DNA of 64,000 nucleotides from a virus (Duplodnaviria; Caudoviricetes): IMG/VR virus record IMGVR_UViG_3300044901_000083, positions 3,740 to 67,739 of that record; one strand, 5' to 3'. Shown piece by piece: positions 28,436 to 36,577 of this stretch (position 1 is its first letter; each line of letters starts with the position of its first letter). The notes under the pieces were generated by a model. It saw only the letters and a program-made list of their open reading frames with translations, ran no database searches and was not told where the DNA came from. The position numbers and the translations under genes were made by a program.

Positions 28436-28949
28436 GAAACAGCGCCTTGATCATCGCCGGACGGTCGTTCGTTGCGCGCACCTTCTCCACGAACTCGGCG
28501 ACCGGCATGGCGGTGATCGGACCGAGGAAGCGCGGGTCGTCGTAGTTCGCCAGGAAGGCCTCGCGCGCGGCCTCCTCTGACGGGAAGCCGACCATGCACT
28601 TGTCCTCGTCGTACTTCTCCCAGTCGTCCACCTTGCGCTGGTGCACCACGTAGACGGTCGGCGCGGTGTCGAGCTCGGGGCCGAGAAACACGTCCACCTC
28701 GTCGCCATCGACGCCCTCGGAGCGGCAGACGTAGCCGTAGTCGTGCCGCATCTTGGTGGCCCACTCGGTGCCGTTGGGCTTCTTGCCGCGGCGCGTGCTG
28801 CCGGCCGGGTTCTCGATCGCGATCTCCAGGCCCTGCCAGCGCACGCGCGGCTTCTTGTAGTTGCCGGCCTTGGCTTGCGCCTCGGTCGGCGCAGCCCACT
28901 CGCGGCGCTCGGCGGCCGGCAGCACGGAAGCCTTGAGCAGCAGGATCAC
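28404..28949 (-). CDS. InPase (inorganic-pyrophosphatase-like) domain protein
   Basis: GTG start MILLLKA; QAKAGNYKK..LEIAIENPAGS..YGY..GVDGDEVDVFLG..YDEDKCMVGF. Confidence 0.75.
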   Translation of the reverse strand: MILLLKASVLPAAERREWAAPTEAQAKAGNYKKPRVRWQGLEIAIENPAGSTRRGKKPNGTEWATKMRHDYGYVCRSEGVDGDEVDVFLGPELDTAPTVYVVHQRKVDDWEKYDEDKCMVGFPSEEAAREAFLANYDDPRFLGPITAMPVAEFVEKVRATNDRPAMIKALFLKARPDTAAA

Positions 28950-29128
28950 GATTCCGCCTTGGACGCGACGGCCTTCTGGGCCACGTTGCCGGCGATGTAG
29001 GCGCCGACGACGGCGATCACCACCGCCGAGTACACGCCGTCGGCGATCAGGCGATCGCTCACCAGCCAGGTGGCGCTGCCGAGCGTCAGCAGCGCGAGGA
29101 TGAACTTGCGGCTGGCGTAGCGGTTCAT
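28946..29128 (-). CDS. Small two-TM membrane protein (holin-like)
   Basis: 60 aa; SRKF then two hydrophobic segments. Confidence 0.5.
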   Translation of the reverse strand: MNRYASRKFILALLTLGSATWLVSDRLIADGVYSAVVIAVVGAYIAGNVAQKAVASKAES

Positions 29129-29622
29129 GCGATATCCTCGGTGGGATTGGCGCCAGGGCGAGAAACGCGGCTCTCATCCAGCGGAGCCAGGTTGTACTGC
29201 GCGCGGCGCTGCTTCTCCTGCTCGATTGCATAGAGCATGTGAGCGCCCCACGGCGCGCCCTTCGGGCGTGTGGTGACGATGCCGTTGTTGCGTGCGATCT
29301 GAGACTCGGAGCGCACGCTCCAGAACGCAAACGGCATTGCCGAATCATGGTCGCCATGTGGGTCGCGGGTCTTGAGAAGATGCGAGCAGTACCAGGCGCC
29401 GTGCATTCCGATGTGCTCCGGGTACGCAAAGCCGGCGCCGCACTTGCAACGGCTGGAGGCGGCATAAACCAGCTCCTCGTCCTTGAACGGGTCGCCATTG
29501 CCTTTGATGCGCTGCTCCACAGCTTCAGCTCGCGCGCGGTATTCCTCGCGGCGCTTCTCCTCGATGGCTTCGGCCTGCGCCAGGATGGCGTCTTCTTCAG
29601 CGCGTGTACGCGATTCACTCAT
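29125..29622 (-). CDS. Hypothetical Cys/His protein
   Basis: Start MSESRT; CKCG...WYCSH. Confidence 0.55.
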   Translation of the reverse strand: MSESRTRAEEDAILAQAEAIEEKRREEYRARAEAVEQRIKGNGDPFKDEELVYAASSRCKCGAGFAYPEHIGMHGAWYCSHLLKTRDPHGDHDSAMPFAFWSVRSESQIARNNGIVTTRPKGAPWGAHMLYAIEQEKQRRAQYNLAPLDESRVSRPGANPTEDIA

Positions 29623-30772
29623 GATTCTTCTCCAAGAGCTGGCGCAACCACGCGCCGAATTCCGGGTCATCCCCGGGCTGATCCTCCAGCGCCGGAACCC
29701 AGCGGCCGCGGCAGTGGGGGTGAACGGTGCCGGCGGGGATCCACCAGAGCTCGTGCGGCTCGCGCTCCACGAGCAGGCTGCCGACGCGCTTGCGCGGCGC
29801 CGCGGAGCGTCCGATGTTGTCTTTGCCGACCCACACCTGGGTCTCGCCGTCCTTGTCCGGCGCGGCCGGGTCCACCACGGTCAGGATGCGGCCGTTGATC
29901 TTGGCGCAGAAGCCGCAGGCGCCTCGGTACTGCTCGACGCGCTTCACGCGCGAGCCTGGCTTCAGAGTGCCGATGAACCCGGTGTTCGCGGCGTCGCCAG
30001 CCTCGGTGACGGCGATGCGCCGCCAGTCGCGGTTGAACTGCGCGAACTCGTCGACCAGGCGGGTCTGCAGCGCCTCGCCCGGCACGCCGGGGATGCGCAG
30101 CGCCTGCTGCTCCAGGTGCTGTGCCACCACGTGGCGCATGCGATGCCGAACGTCGTCAGCCAGCTTGGTGACGTTCTCGCAGGCGCGCACGCGCGCGAAG
30201 TCGAGCATGGCGCGCACGCGCGGCGGCAGCTGCCAGGTTTCGGTGGCCTGGCGCACGGTCACCGGCAGCGCGGCCAGCACCACGTCGGCCTGCTTCGCGC
30301 TCAGCTGCTCCATGCTGGCCTGCGCGCGCCCCATCAGCGTCGCGCGCGTGGACAGCCACTCGGCCTCGGTGCGCAGGTCGTCCTGCGGCAGGTAGCGCTG
30401 CGCCAGGTAGTCGACCATCAGCATGTGGTCGTCGAGCGTCCAGCGCTCCGGTGGCAGCGTCTGCAGGTACAGCCGCACCAGGCCGAGCTCCTGCGGCGTC
30501 CATCGGATCATCGCGCCGTCGGGCCGCGGCATCGTAGTTCCGGCGTGGGTGTGGCGCTCGCCGCGCATCCAGGCCAGCAGTTCGGTGCGGAACGCGTCGA
30601 GGCGCAGCAGGCCGCGCTCGGTGAACAGCTCGATCAGCCGGCGGATGAACGGCGACTCGTGCTGCGCCCAGATGTCGGGATCATCGTCGTGCGTGGCCTT
30701 GCACATGAGCTCCAGCGCAGCATTCGTGCGCGGCTCGCTCAGCTCGATCAGATCGACGAAAAGGCCTGACAT
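29615..30772 (-). CDS. MuF/gp7-like minor head protein
   Basis: RDWRRIAVTEAGDAANTG, ACGFC, HPHCRGRW. Confidence 0.75.
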   Translation of the reverse strand: MSGLFVDLIELSEPRTNAALELMCKATHDDDPDIWAQHESPFIRRLIELFTERGLLRLDAFRTELLAWMRGERHTHAGTTMPRPDGAMIRWTPQELGLVRLYLQTLPPERWTLDDHMLMVDYLAQRYLPQDDLRTEAEWLSTRATLMGRAQASMEQLSAKQADVVLAALPVTVRQATETWQLPPRVRAMLDFARVRACENVTKLADDVRHRMRHVVAQHLEQQALRIPGVPGEALQTRLVDEFAQFNRDWRRIAVTEAGDAANTGFIGTLKPGSRVKRVEQYRGACGFCAKINGRILTVVDPAAPDKDGETQVWVGKDNIGRSAAPRKRVGSLLVEREPHELWWIPAGTVHPHCRGRWVPALEDQPGDDPEFGAWLRQLLEKNHE

Positions 30773-30778
30773 GCCCGC

Positions 30779-30794
30779 ATGGTGCGGTCACGAC
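30779..30794 (-). promoter_or_regulatory. Late-type promoter motif
   Basis: GTCGTGA-CCG-CACCAT, 6 nt before ATG 30772. Confidence 0.7.
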
Positions 30795-30988
30795 GCGGTG
30801 GTGGCCCGGGGTTCCTCGCCGGGCCGGTGGCGCCGCCTGTCGCGCGGTGTCGGCGGCTTCCCGGTGTGGAGGGGCCGCACGTAGTGCGTCACCGTGGCCG
30901 CTGCTGCCGTTCAGAAACCCGCTCCCCCACGCACAGCTTGGAGGTGCACGCTCACGTCGCCGCTCGCATCACCCTCTCGGGCGGGGTT

Positions 30989-31004
30989 AGTGTGCGATCA
31001 CGAC
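30989..31004 (-). promoter_or_regulatory. Late-type promoter motif without clear ORF
   Basis: GTCGTGA-TCG-CACACT overlapping phosphatase stop. Confidence 0.5.
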
Positions 31005-31717
31005 CAAGCGAGTTGCGGGGCGGGTAGCTTCAGCGGCTGCAGCGTGCTGGCGTCGAGGATGGTGAACTGCCGCGGGCCGTGCCGCTCCGGCAGCCAGCCG
31101 CCGGTGTCGATGTAGATGGTGTTGCCCAGGCTGGTGCAGCGCTCCAGCGGCGTGTGGCCGACGACGACAGCCACGACACCATGCACGTCGCCACAGAACC
31201 GCGACTCGATGCGATCGCGCGACCACATGCACGCCATCTGCACGGCCTCGGCATTGAAACCGCCCAGCGCCTCCTCCAGCTGCTCCCAGTTCACCAGCGG
31301 GCAGTCGGCGTGCACGATGCCGACCAGGCCGGCCGCGGTCTCCAGCTCGATCGCGATCGGCAGCGCCGAGAACGCGCCAGCGATGCGCAGCTGCTCGGCC
31401 TTCGGTTGACCAAGGAACCAGGCGCCGCCGTTGCGCATGTAGATGTCGGCGTCGCGCGCCATGCCGCTGGCCCAGTCGATCGCCATCTGCTCGTGGTTGC
31501 CGCGCACGGCGTGGAACCACGGGTGCTCCAGCAGCGCGACGGCGTGCTCCGACTCGGGCCCGCGGTCCACCAGGTCGCCGACGGAGAACAGGCGATCGCG
31601 CGTGGCGTCGAAGCCGATCGCTTCGAGCGCGTTCAGCAGCTTGGTGACGTTGCCGTGGATGTCGCCGACGATGAGATCGCGCCCGGCGGTATTGCGCGAG
31701 AAGCGTTTGAGGTGCAT
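30998..31717 (-). CDS. Ser/Thr protein phosphatase (lambda NinI/PphA-like metallophosphoesterase)
   Basis: VGDIHG, VGDLVDRGPES, VRGNHE, VVVGHTP, IDTG. Confidence 0.9.
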   Translation of the reverse strand: MHLKRFSRNTAGRDLIVGDIHGNVTKLLNALEAIGFDATRDRLFSVGDLVDRGPESEHAVALLEHPWFHAVRGNHEQMAIDWASGMARDADIYMRNGGAWFLGQPKAEQLRIAGAFSALPIAIELETAAGLVGIVHADCPLVNWEQLEEALGGFNAEAVQMACMWSRDRIESRFCGDVHGVVAVVVGHTPLERCTSLGNTIYIDTGGWLPERHGPRQFTILDASTLQPLKLPAPQLAWS

Positions 31718-31723
31718 GACGCC

Positions 31724-31739
31724 ATTGGGGCGTCACGAC
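31724..31739 (-). promoter_or_regulatory. Late-type promoter motif
   Basis: GTCGTGA-CGC-CCCAAT, 6 nt before ATG 31717. Confidence 0.6.
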
Positions 31740-31845
31740 TCATTTTTGAGTTGGTTGAGAACTCGCCGCTCGCATAAGGCAGCGTGTTGGCTCTAGTCGA
31801 AACAACCGTGAGGTGGTTTTCTGCGGGGCCAGGCCGCAGGTCAGC

Positions 31846-32460
31846 GAGCTCTCACCATCACCGGCGCCGGAAACGGCATCGTCGGTCGGCCTTGCGGCCA
31901 CTTCTTCCCGCCAGTGATCTCCCTCGTGGGCATGCACCACGCCTGCGGGCACCGGTGATGGTCAAAGCTCTCATGACTGCGCCGACACCCCGCGTGGGGC
32001 CCGGCTGCACCCGGCTTCAGCTGTGCAGGCCTTCGGTCGGCGCAGTCATGAAAGCTGAGGGCTGGAGCCGCACTATTGCCCCAAGCAAGCCGCGGCCTCT
32101 CGATGTCCACCGCTGGCGACCCTGCTGGGCGTGCCTCCCAGTCTCGAATGGCCTTGCTCACCCTCACGACTGCGGACCGTCGTGCTTTCGTTGCCGTGAG
32201 GCTTTCGTCGCAAGGTCCAGATCCGCATGCGTGAGGGCCCGGTTTCCCGGGTCCACACGGCCGGTAACGTCTCCGGCGCGGGGTTTCACCGCTCGTGCAC
32301 CAGATTCACGGTCTCCGATCGCGACCCGCTGACAACGGAACGTCCCGATCTTCGCCCTCGATGCCTCTATCACGCCGGCGCCCGTCGCTCGCGGGCAGCA
32401 TCTGTGGCCGGACTTACGTTACCGCCGGATCGTCAGGCCCGGCGGCCTCGCGCGTTCTCT
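31846..32460 (-). ncRNA. Large structured ncRNA, ROOL-like core with 3' hairpin extension
   Basis: No credible ORF; GNRA hairpins and G-U wobble pairs only on minus strand; motif order recalls ROOL consensus (from memory, unverified). Confidence 0.65.
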
Positions 32461-32475
32461 GCTGCTGGTTGTCCT

Positions 32476-32661
32476 TCAGGCCGCGGTCAGCTGACCGGGG
32501 CGCAGCTTGAGCACCTTCTTGGTGGCCGCGTCCTCGACGTGCACGAACTGTCCGTTGACGCCGGCGGCCGGCAGTTCGCGGATCTTGCCGGCGCCGGTGT
32601 TTCCGCGCTGGGTCTTGTAGTTGACCTTGCGGCCGATCTTGAGGTGCTGTGCGGTGATCAA
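32476..32661 (-). CDS. Small SH3/KOW-like protein inside RNA island
   Basis: 61 aa, GGAG + TTG; LKIGRKVNY..G.G.I..V.VED pattern. Confidence 0.55.
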   Translation of the reverse strand: MITAQHLKIGRKVNYKTQRGNTGAGKIRELPAAGVNGQFVHVEDAATKKVLKLRPGQLTAA

Positions 32662-32669
32662 GCTGTGCT

Positions 32670-32843
32670 CCAGTGGTTGATGATCTTGCCCGTACTCTCC
32701 GAGCTGTCACGCCGTTCCAGGGCCTTCTGCCTCCAGGCGTTCTCATGGCGCGATTACCGCGATACCCCTTCCGCCGGCACCGTTTGTGGCGCTCCTGCCG
32801 GATCCGATGCATACCGCTTGCGCGGGTGCCACACGGAAAATTC
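32670..32843 (-). ncRNA. Candidate ~170 nt structured RNA downstream of tRNA
   Basis: CCGC-GCAA-GCGG, CCGGCA/TGCCGG and CGCG-GTAAT-CGCG stems; no ORF. Confidence 0.4.
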
Positions 32844-32920
32844 TGGTTGCGGGTGAAGGCTTCGATCCTTCGACCGTCAGGGTATGAACCTGCTGCTCTA
32901 CCAGGCTGAGCTAACCCGCA
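32844..32920 (-). tRNA. tRNA with CAT anticodon (Met/fMet/Ile2 undetermined), encoded CCA
   Basis: TGCGGGT/ACCCGCA acceptor, GCTC/GAGC D stem, loop TTCATAC, GAAGG/CCTTC T stem, ACCA end. Confidence 0.9.
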
Positions 32921-32946
32921 ATCGATGGGATGAATTCTGCGGGCGA

Positions 32947-32968
32947 TGATCGAATTTGATCAACTATA
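32947..32968 (-). promoter_or_regulatory. tRNA-island -10 (TATAGT) plus operator-like palindrome
   Basis: TATAGT 32968-32963 followed by TGATCAAATTCGATCA. Confidence 0.5.
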
Positions 32969-32978
32969 CCCGCGCGAA

Positions 32979-33143
32979 CTACTCGGATTTGTTGTCCGCT
33001 TCGTCGGCCGGCTTGCGCTTGGCGAGCGCGGCGCGCAGGTGCTCGGGCACGGCCTGCTGCAGGTACTCCGGCGACAGCGGCTTGCGCGGCTGGCAGTCGT
33101 AGCCGTCGTACAGGTCTGGGCGCTGCTCCGGGGTCGGGATCAT
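32979..33143 (-). CDS. 54 aa ORF coupled to zeta-like gene
   Basis: ATGA overlap; MIPTPEQRPDLYDGYDCQPRKPLSPEYL...; below ORF-track cutoff. Confidence 0.5.
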   Translation of the reverse strand: MIPTPEQRPDLYDGYDCQPRKPLSPEYLQQAVPEHLRAALAKRKPADEADNKSE

Positions 33144-34735
33144 CTTTGGCTCCACACCAAGAGAATAGGTGTTTGCTCGGATTTCTTCAACGGCTCATCA
33201 CCCGTCTTGGTGGTGCCGGCACCGCCCTCGCTGATCAGGATCGGCTCGGCGCCCTTGGCGACGTTGTTGTCGCGGAAGCTCCAGCGGTCGGCGATCGCGC
33301 GCACCTGGTCGAAGGTCTTCTCGTTGTCGGTGTTGCCCAGCACCACCTCCACCGGCACGTAGCGCTGCGTCTTCCCCAGGAAGCGCTGCACCGCGCGCTT
33401 GGCGGCTTCCTGCCGCGGCAGGTGCATGTAGTGGGCCTCCAGGCGGTAGCCGGCGTCCTGGAATTCCTTCGCGTTCGCGAGGGTGGTCTTGCCGGTCTTC
33501 ATCGTGGCGTCCAGCACCACGTTGAGCCCGAGGGAGCGAGCGAACCCCAGGATCATCGACATGACGTCGCTGGATTCCTCGTGGATCTGCGCGGCGTTCC
33601 AGCCCTCGTACTCTGGCAGCATCGCCTTGATCTCGTCCGGATCGATGACGATCGCCTTCTCGGCGTCGTACACCTTGCCCTTGAACCAGCTCTTGCCGCT
33701 GCCGCCGCGGCCGCCCAACATCGTCAGCGTCGGCTGCTCGCCGTTGTCCGGCGTGGCCGCTATCACGCGCTCGGGCGACAGGAAGTGGTCGTAGATCTTG
33801 GTGTGCAGCTTCGCGCGCTCGGCGTCGTAGTTGTCGCCCTGCTTGTAGCGATCGATGGTCTGCTCGATACCCTGCAGGCGCTCCTGCACCGCCTTGATCT
33901 TGTCGGCGGTGTCCGGCGGGAACTGCGACAGGATCGCCTCTGGCGTCACGGTGGCATCGTTGTGCTGCGCGGCATAGTCGCTGGCGATGAACTCCTCCGG
34001 CGGCACCGGCTTCTGCTCGGCGCGCACCTGCGGCTTCACCGCAGGCTTCTCTCCGTCGCGCGGCTCGTGACCGGTGATCTCGGTCCAGCGCACCTGGTGC
34101 ATGCGGCCGCTGGCGTCCTTCACGTGCGCGCCGTCGGCGCCCGGCCTGCCGACGATCACGCCGCTGCCCTGGAATTCGCCCGCGGCGAAGTGCACCGTGT
34201 CGCCGGCATTCAGGTTGTGCGTGCCGTAGCCGTGCACAGCGCCGGCCTCGGCGTCACCAGCGGCGCGCTGGCGCTGCTTCGGCTGGTCCTGCTGCGTGCG
34301 CACGTAGCGCGTGGTCTGCACGCCGCGCTTGTCGGTCAGGTGCTTCTCGGTGAGACCGGGACGCTTCGGGCCCTCCGCCTTCAGGAACAGCACCGGCCGG
34401 CGGCCGAAGGCTTTCGCGATGTATGGATCCTCCTTCGCGTCGTTCGGCGTGGCGATGAAGCGGCGGTTGCCCACCTTGTCCTGCAGGATCATGCCGTCTT
34501 CGCCCTGGTCGATGACCTGGTAGCGCAGCATCTCGCGCCGCTTGTGGCCGATCACCTTGTCCCAGGTGAACTTGTGGTGCTGGCCCTCGACCTCTCCGGT
34601 GACGCCGTGCCGACCGTGGCACACCACACGACAGGTGTGTGGTTGGCCGCGATGGTGCACGTAGAGCTCGTCGCCGACCGCGACGTCCTTCGGCTCCGGT
34701 GCCGGCTTCTTGGCCTGCTGCTTGGGTTGCTTCAC
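33140..34735 (-). CDS. Zeta-toxin-family P-loop kinase with N-terminal extension
   Basis: LGGRGGSGKS, IDPDEIK, IHEESS, VVLDATM, AVQRF. Confidence 0.8.
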   Translation of the reverse strand: MKQPKQQAKKPAPEPKDVAVGDELYVHHRGQPHTCRVVCHGRHGVTGEVEGQHHKFTWDKVIGHKRREMLRYQVIDQGEDGMILQDKVGNRRFIATPNDAKEDPYIAKAFGRRPVLFLKAEGPKRPGLTEKHLTDKRGVQTTRYVRTQQDQPKQRQRAAGDAEAGAVHGYGTHNLNAGDTVHFAAGEFQGSGVIVGRPGADGAHVKDASGRMHQVRWTEITGHEPRDGEKPAVKPQVRAEQKPVPPEEFIASDYAAQHNDATVTPEAILSQFPPDTADKIKAVQERLQGIEQTIDRYKQGDNYDAERAKLHTKIYDHFLSPERVIAATPDNGEQPTLTMLGGRGGSGKSWFKGKVYDAEKAIVIDPDEIKAMLPEYEGWNAAQIHEESSDVMSMILGFARSLGLNVVLDATMKTGKTTLANAKEFQDAGYRLEAHYMHLPRQEAAKRAVQRFLGKTQRYVPVEVVLGNTDNEKTFDQVRAIADRWSFRDNNVAKGAEPILISEGGAGTTKTGDEPLKKSEQTPILLVWSQR

Positions 34736-36474
34736 GGCTCGATCTTGAACACGGGCAGGCCGAATGCCTTCGCCACCACATCAGGTTCGCCGCCCTCGCT
34801 GTCGGTGTCGTCGTCGGGCGGCGCGCCGAAGTCGACGCCGCTGTCGTTCTCAGGCCCGGCGTCGCCGAAGTCCTCGCCACCCTGTTCGCCGTCGTCGTCT
34901 TCACCAGGCGCCGGTTGCCCTGGCTGGCCGAAGTCGGTCTCCTGCGGCATGTTCTCCTGCTGCCAGGCGCCGAGCAGCGCCGGGTTCAGCGGCGCATCAC
35001 CGACCTTGCCCTGGATCTTCGGAAGGCTGTCGAGCGCGCGCATCTCGTTCCACGTCATCGCCAGCTTCTGGCGCTCGAACGTGGTCTTCTGGTCCTCCTC
35101 GTCGAGACCAGTCCAGCGGAACACGTACTTGTCGCCGTACTCGGCGACCACGTAGTCGGTGAACAGGTTCTCGAAGTAGGACAGCAGCGGCCGCAGGCCC
35201 TTGTCCTTCGAGCTGACCAGCTTCTCCTCGGTGTCGTCGCCGCTCAGGCTCGACGTGCCGGCGGTGAAGCTCTCGAAGTTGATCTCCTCGGGCGCGATGC
35301 CGTAGATCGCGCAGATGATGCTCACCAGGAACACCATCCACTTCGCGAACATGATCTCGTTGGCCTCGACGCCGAAGGCCTCGAAGCTGGCCTTCGACTC
35401 CTGGTCCTTGCTGACCATCACCGGCAGGGCCCAGGCGTTGTTCACGCCCTTGACCATCGCATTCCAGTAGCGCCGGAAGGCCGCCAGATCATTGTCGTCA
35501 TAGCTGCCAGACAGGTGCAGCAGACCCTTCGGGATCTGGTTCGAGTCGAAGAACTTGGTGTTGTAGGTGAAGGCGTTCAGGAAGCCGGTCACCGTGCGGA
35601 TCAGCAGCTCGGTCTCGCTCAGTCCGTAGCCGCCGGCCAGCACGTCCGCCAGCGGGTTGCGCGGGACGTAGATCAGGTCGTCGTAGGTGTAGGCCGCCGA
35701 GATGCGGCCCTGCACCACCTGCAGCGCGAAGATCTCGTCGTCACCCTGGTAGCCGATCTCGCTGCACAGGCGGATCGTCGCACCGTCGACGGCGTACATG
35801 CCGTCCAGGCCCATGCTGCGGTCGCGCTTGAACTCGGTCTCGATCGGCATCGAGTCCATCGTCAGCGTATCGCGCACGAGCTTGCCCATGAAGCTGGTGA
35901 AGTCGTCGCGCTTCAGGCGCCGGCGCGCGCGCGGGTTCTTCTCCCAGCCGCAATTCGAGAAGAACGACTGCAGCATCGCGATCGACTGCTCCTCGTCGCT
36001 GCCGACGTGGGCCTTCGGATCCTTCAGGGTGACCTTGAAGCCGTAGCCCTTGCCGTTCTCCTGCGCGCGGCAGAAGCGCTGCACCTGGCGGATGCGCTGC
36101 AGCACCACGGCGCCGAGCACCGGCGTCTCGCGCACCATCGCGCGCATGCTGTCGAAGCTGAAGACGCCGGGCCGCTCGTACCAGTCGCCCTGCAGCGTCA
36201 CCTGCATCTCGTCGAGCCAAACCGACTGCATGCCCGGCTGGCGCTCGCGCACCGCGCGCGACGGGAACGGGATCACGTTGGGCTTGCTCAGCGCCTTGGC
36301 GAACTCCTGCTGTTCGGCCTGGTCGCGCATGTACTCCAGCAGCGGCTTGATGATCTCCGGCGCGATCACCTCGGATGAGGTGGGCGCGTAGGTCTTCTGC
36401 AGCTCGGCTTGCGCGTCGCGGCGCTCGTCGGCCGGTGCGGCAGGGTTGAAAGCGACGTGGGCGGCCGTGTCCAT
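34732..36474 (-). CDS. Portal protein
   Basis: 580 aa; YAVDGATIRL, YVPRNP, YGLSETE, FYN-like FFDSNQIPKGLL, KGLRPLLSYFE. Confidence 0.85.
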   Translation of the reverse strand: MDTAAHVAFNPAAPADERRDAQAELQKTYAPTSSEVIAPEIIKPLLEYMRDQAEQQEFAKALSKPNVIPFPSRAVRERQPGMQSVWLDEMQVTLQGDWYERPGVFSFDSMRAMVRETPVLGAVVLQRIRQVQRFCRAQENGKGYGFKVTLKDPKAHVGSDEEQSIAMLQSFFSNCGWEKNPRARRRLKRDDFTSFMGKLVRDTLTMDSMPIETEFKRDRSMGLDGMYAVDGATIRLCSEIGYQGDDEIFALQVVQGRISAAYTYDDLIYVPRNPLADVLAGGYGLSETELLIRTVTGFLNAFTYNTKFFDSNQIPKGLLHLSGSYDDNDLAAFRRYWNAMVKGVNNAWALPVMVSKDQESKASFEAFGVEANEIMFAKWMVFLVSIICAIYGIAPEEINFESFTAGTSSLSGDDTEEKLVSSKDKGLRPLLSYFENLFTDYVVAEYGDKYVFRWTGLDEEDQKTTFERQKLAMTWNEMRALDSLPKIQGKVGDAPLNPALLGAWQQENMPQETDFGQPGQPAPGEDDDGEQGGEDFGDAGPENDSGVDFGAPPDDDTDSEGGEPDVVAKAFGLPVFKIEP

Positions 36475-36480
36475 GTCGCC

Positions 36481-36496
36481 ATGGTGGCGTCACGAC
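36481..36496 (-). promoter_or_regulatory. Late-type promoter motif
   Basis: GTCGTGA-CGC-CACCAT, 6 nt before ATG 36474. Confidence 0.7.
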
Positions 36497-36577
36497 AACG
36501 GCAGCACCCCGCAACTGAAGGTTGGTCTTTTTTGATCAACGACCTAGAATCAAGGCATCGACCTACTGGAGCTTGCG

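Noticed and set aside
28946-29128. Complete lysis cassette
   Set aside because: Only a holin-like small membrane ORF; no endolysin or spanin recognised
32430-32436. CUGACGA resembling a hammerhead ribozyme core
   Set aside because: No GAAA follows the adjacent stem in the required position
31740-32460. Group I/II intron or IS as explanation of the non-coding block
   Set aside because: No interrupted ORF, no recognisable intron ends or domain V, no transposase or terminal repeats
32844-32920. tRNA as integration (att) site
   Set aside because: No integrase and no duplicated tRNA 3' end in the window; both flanks are phage genes
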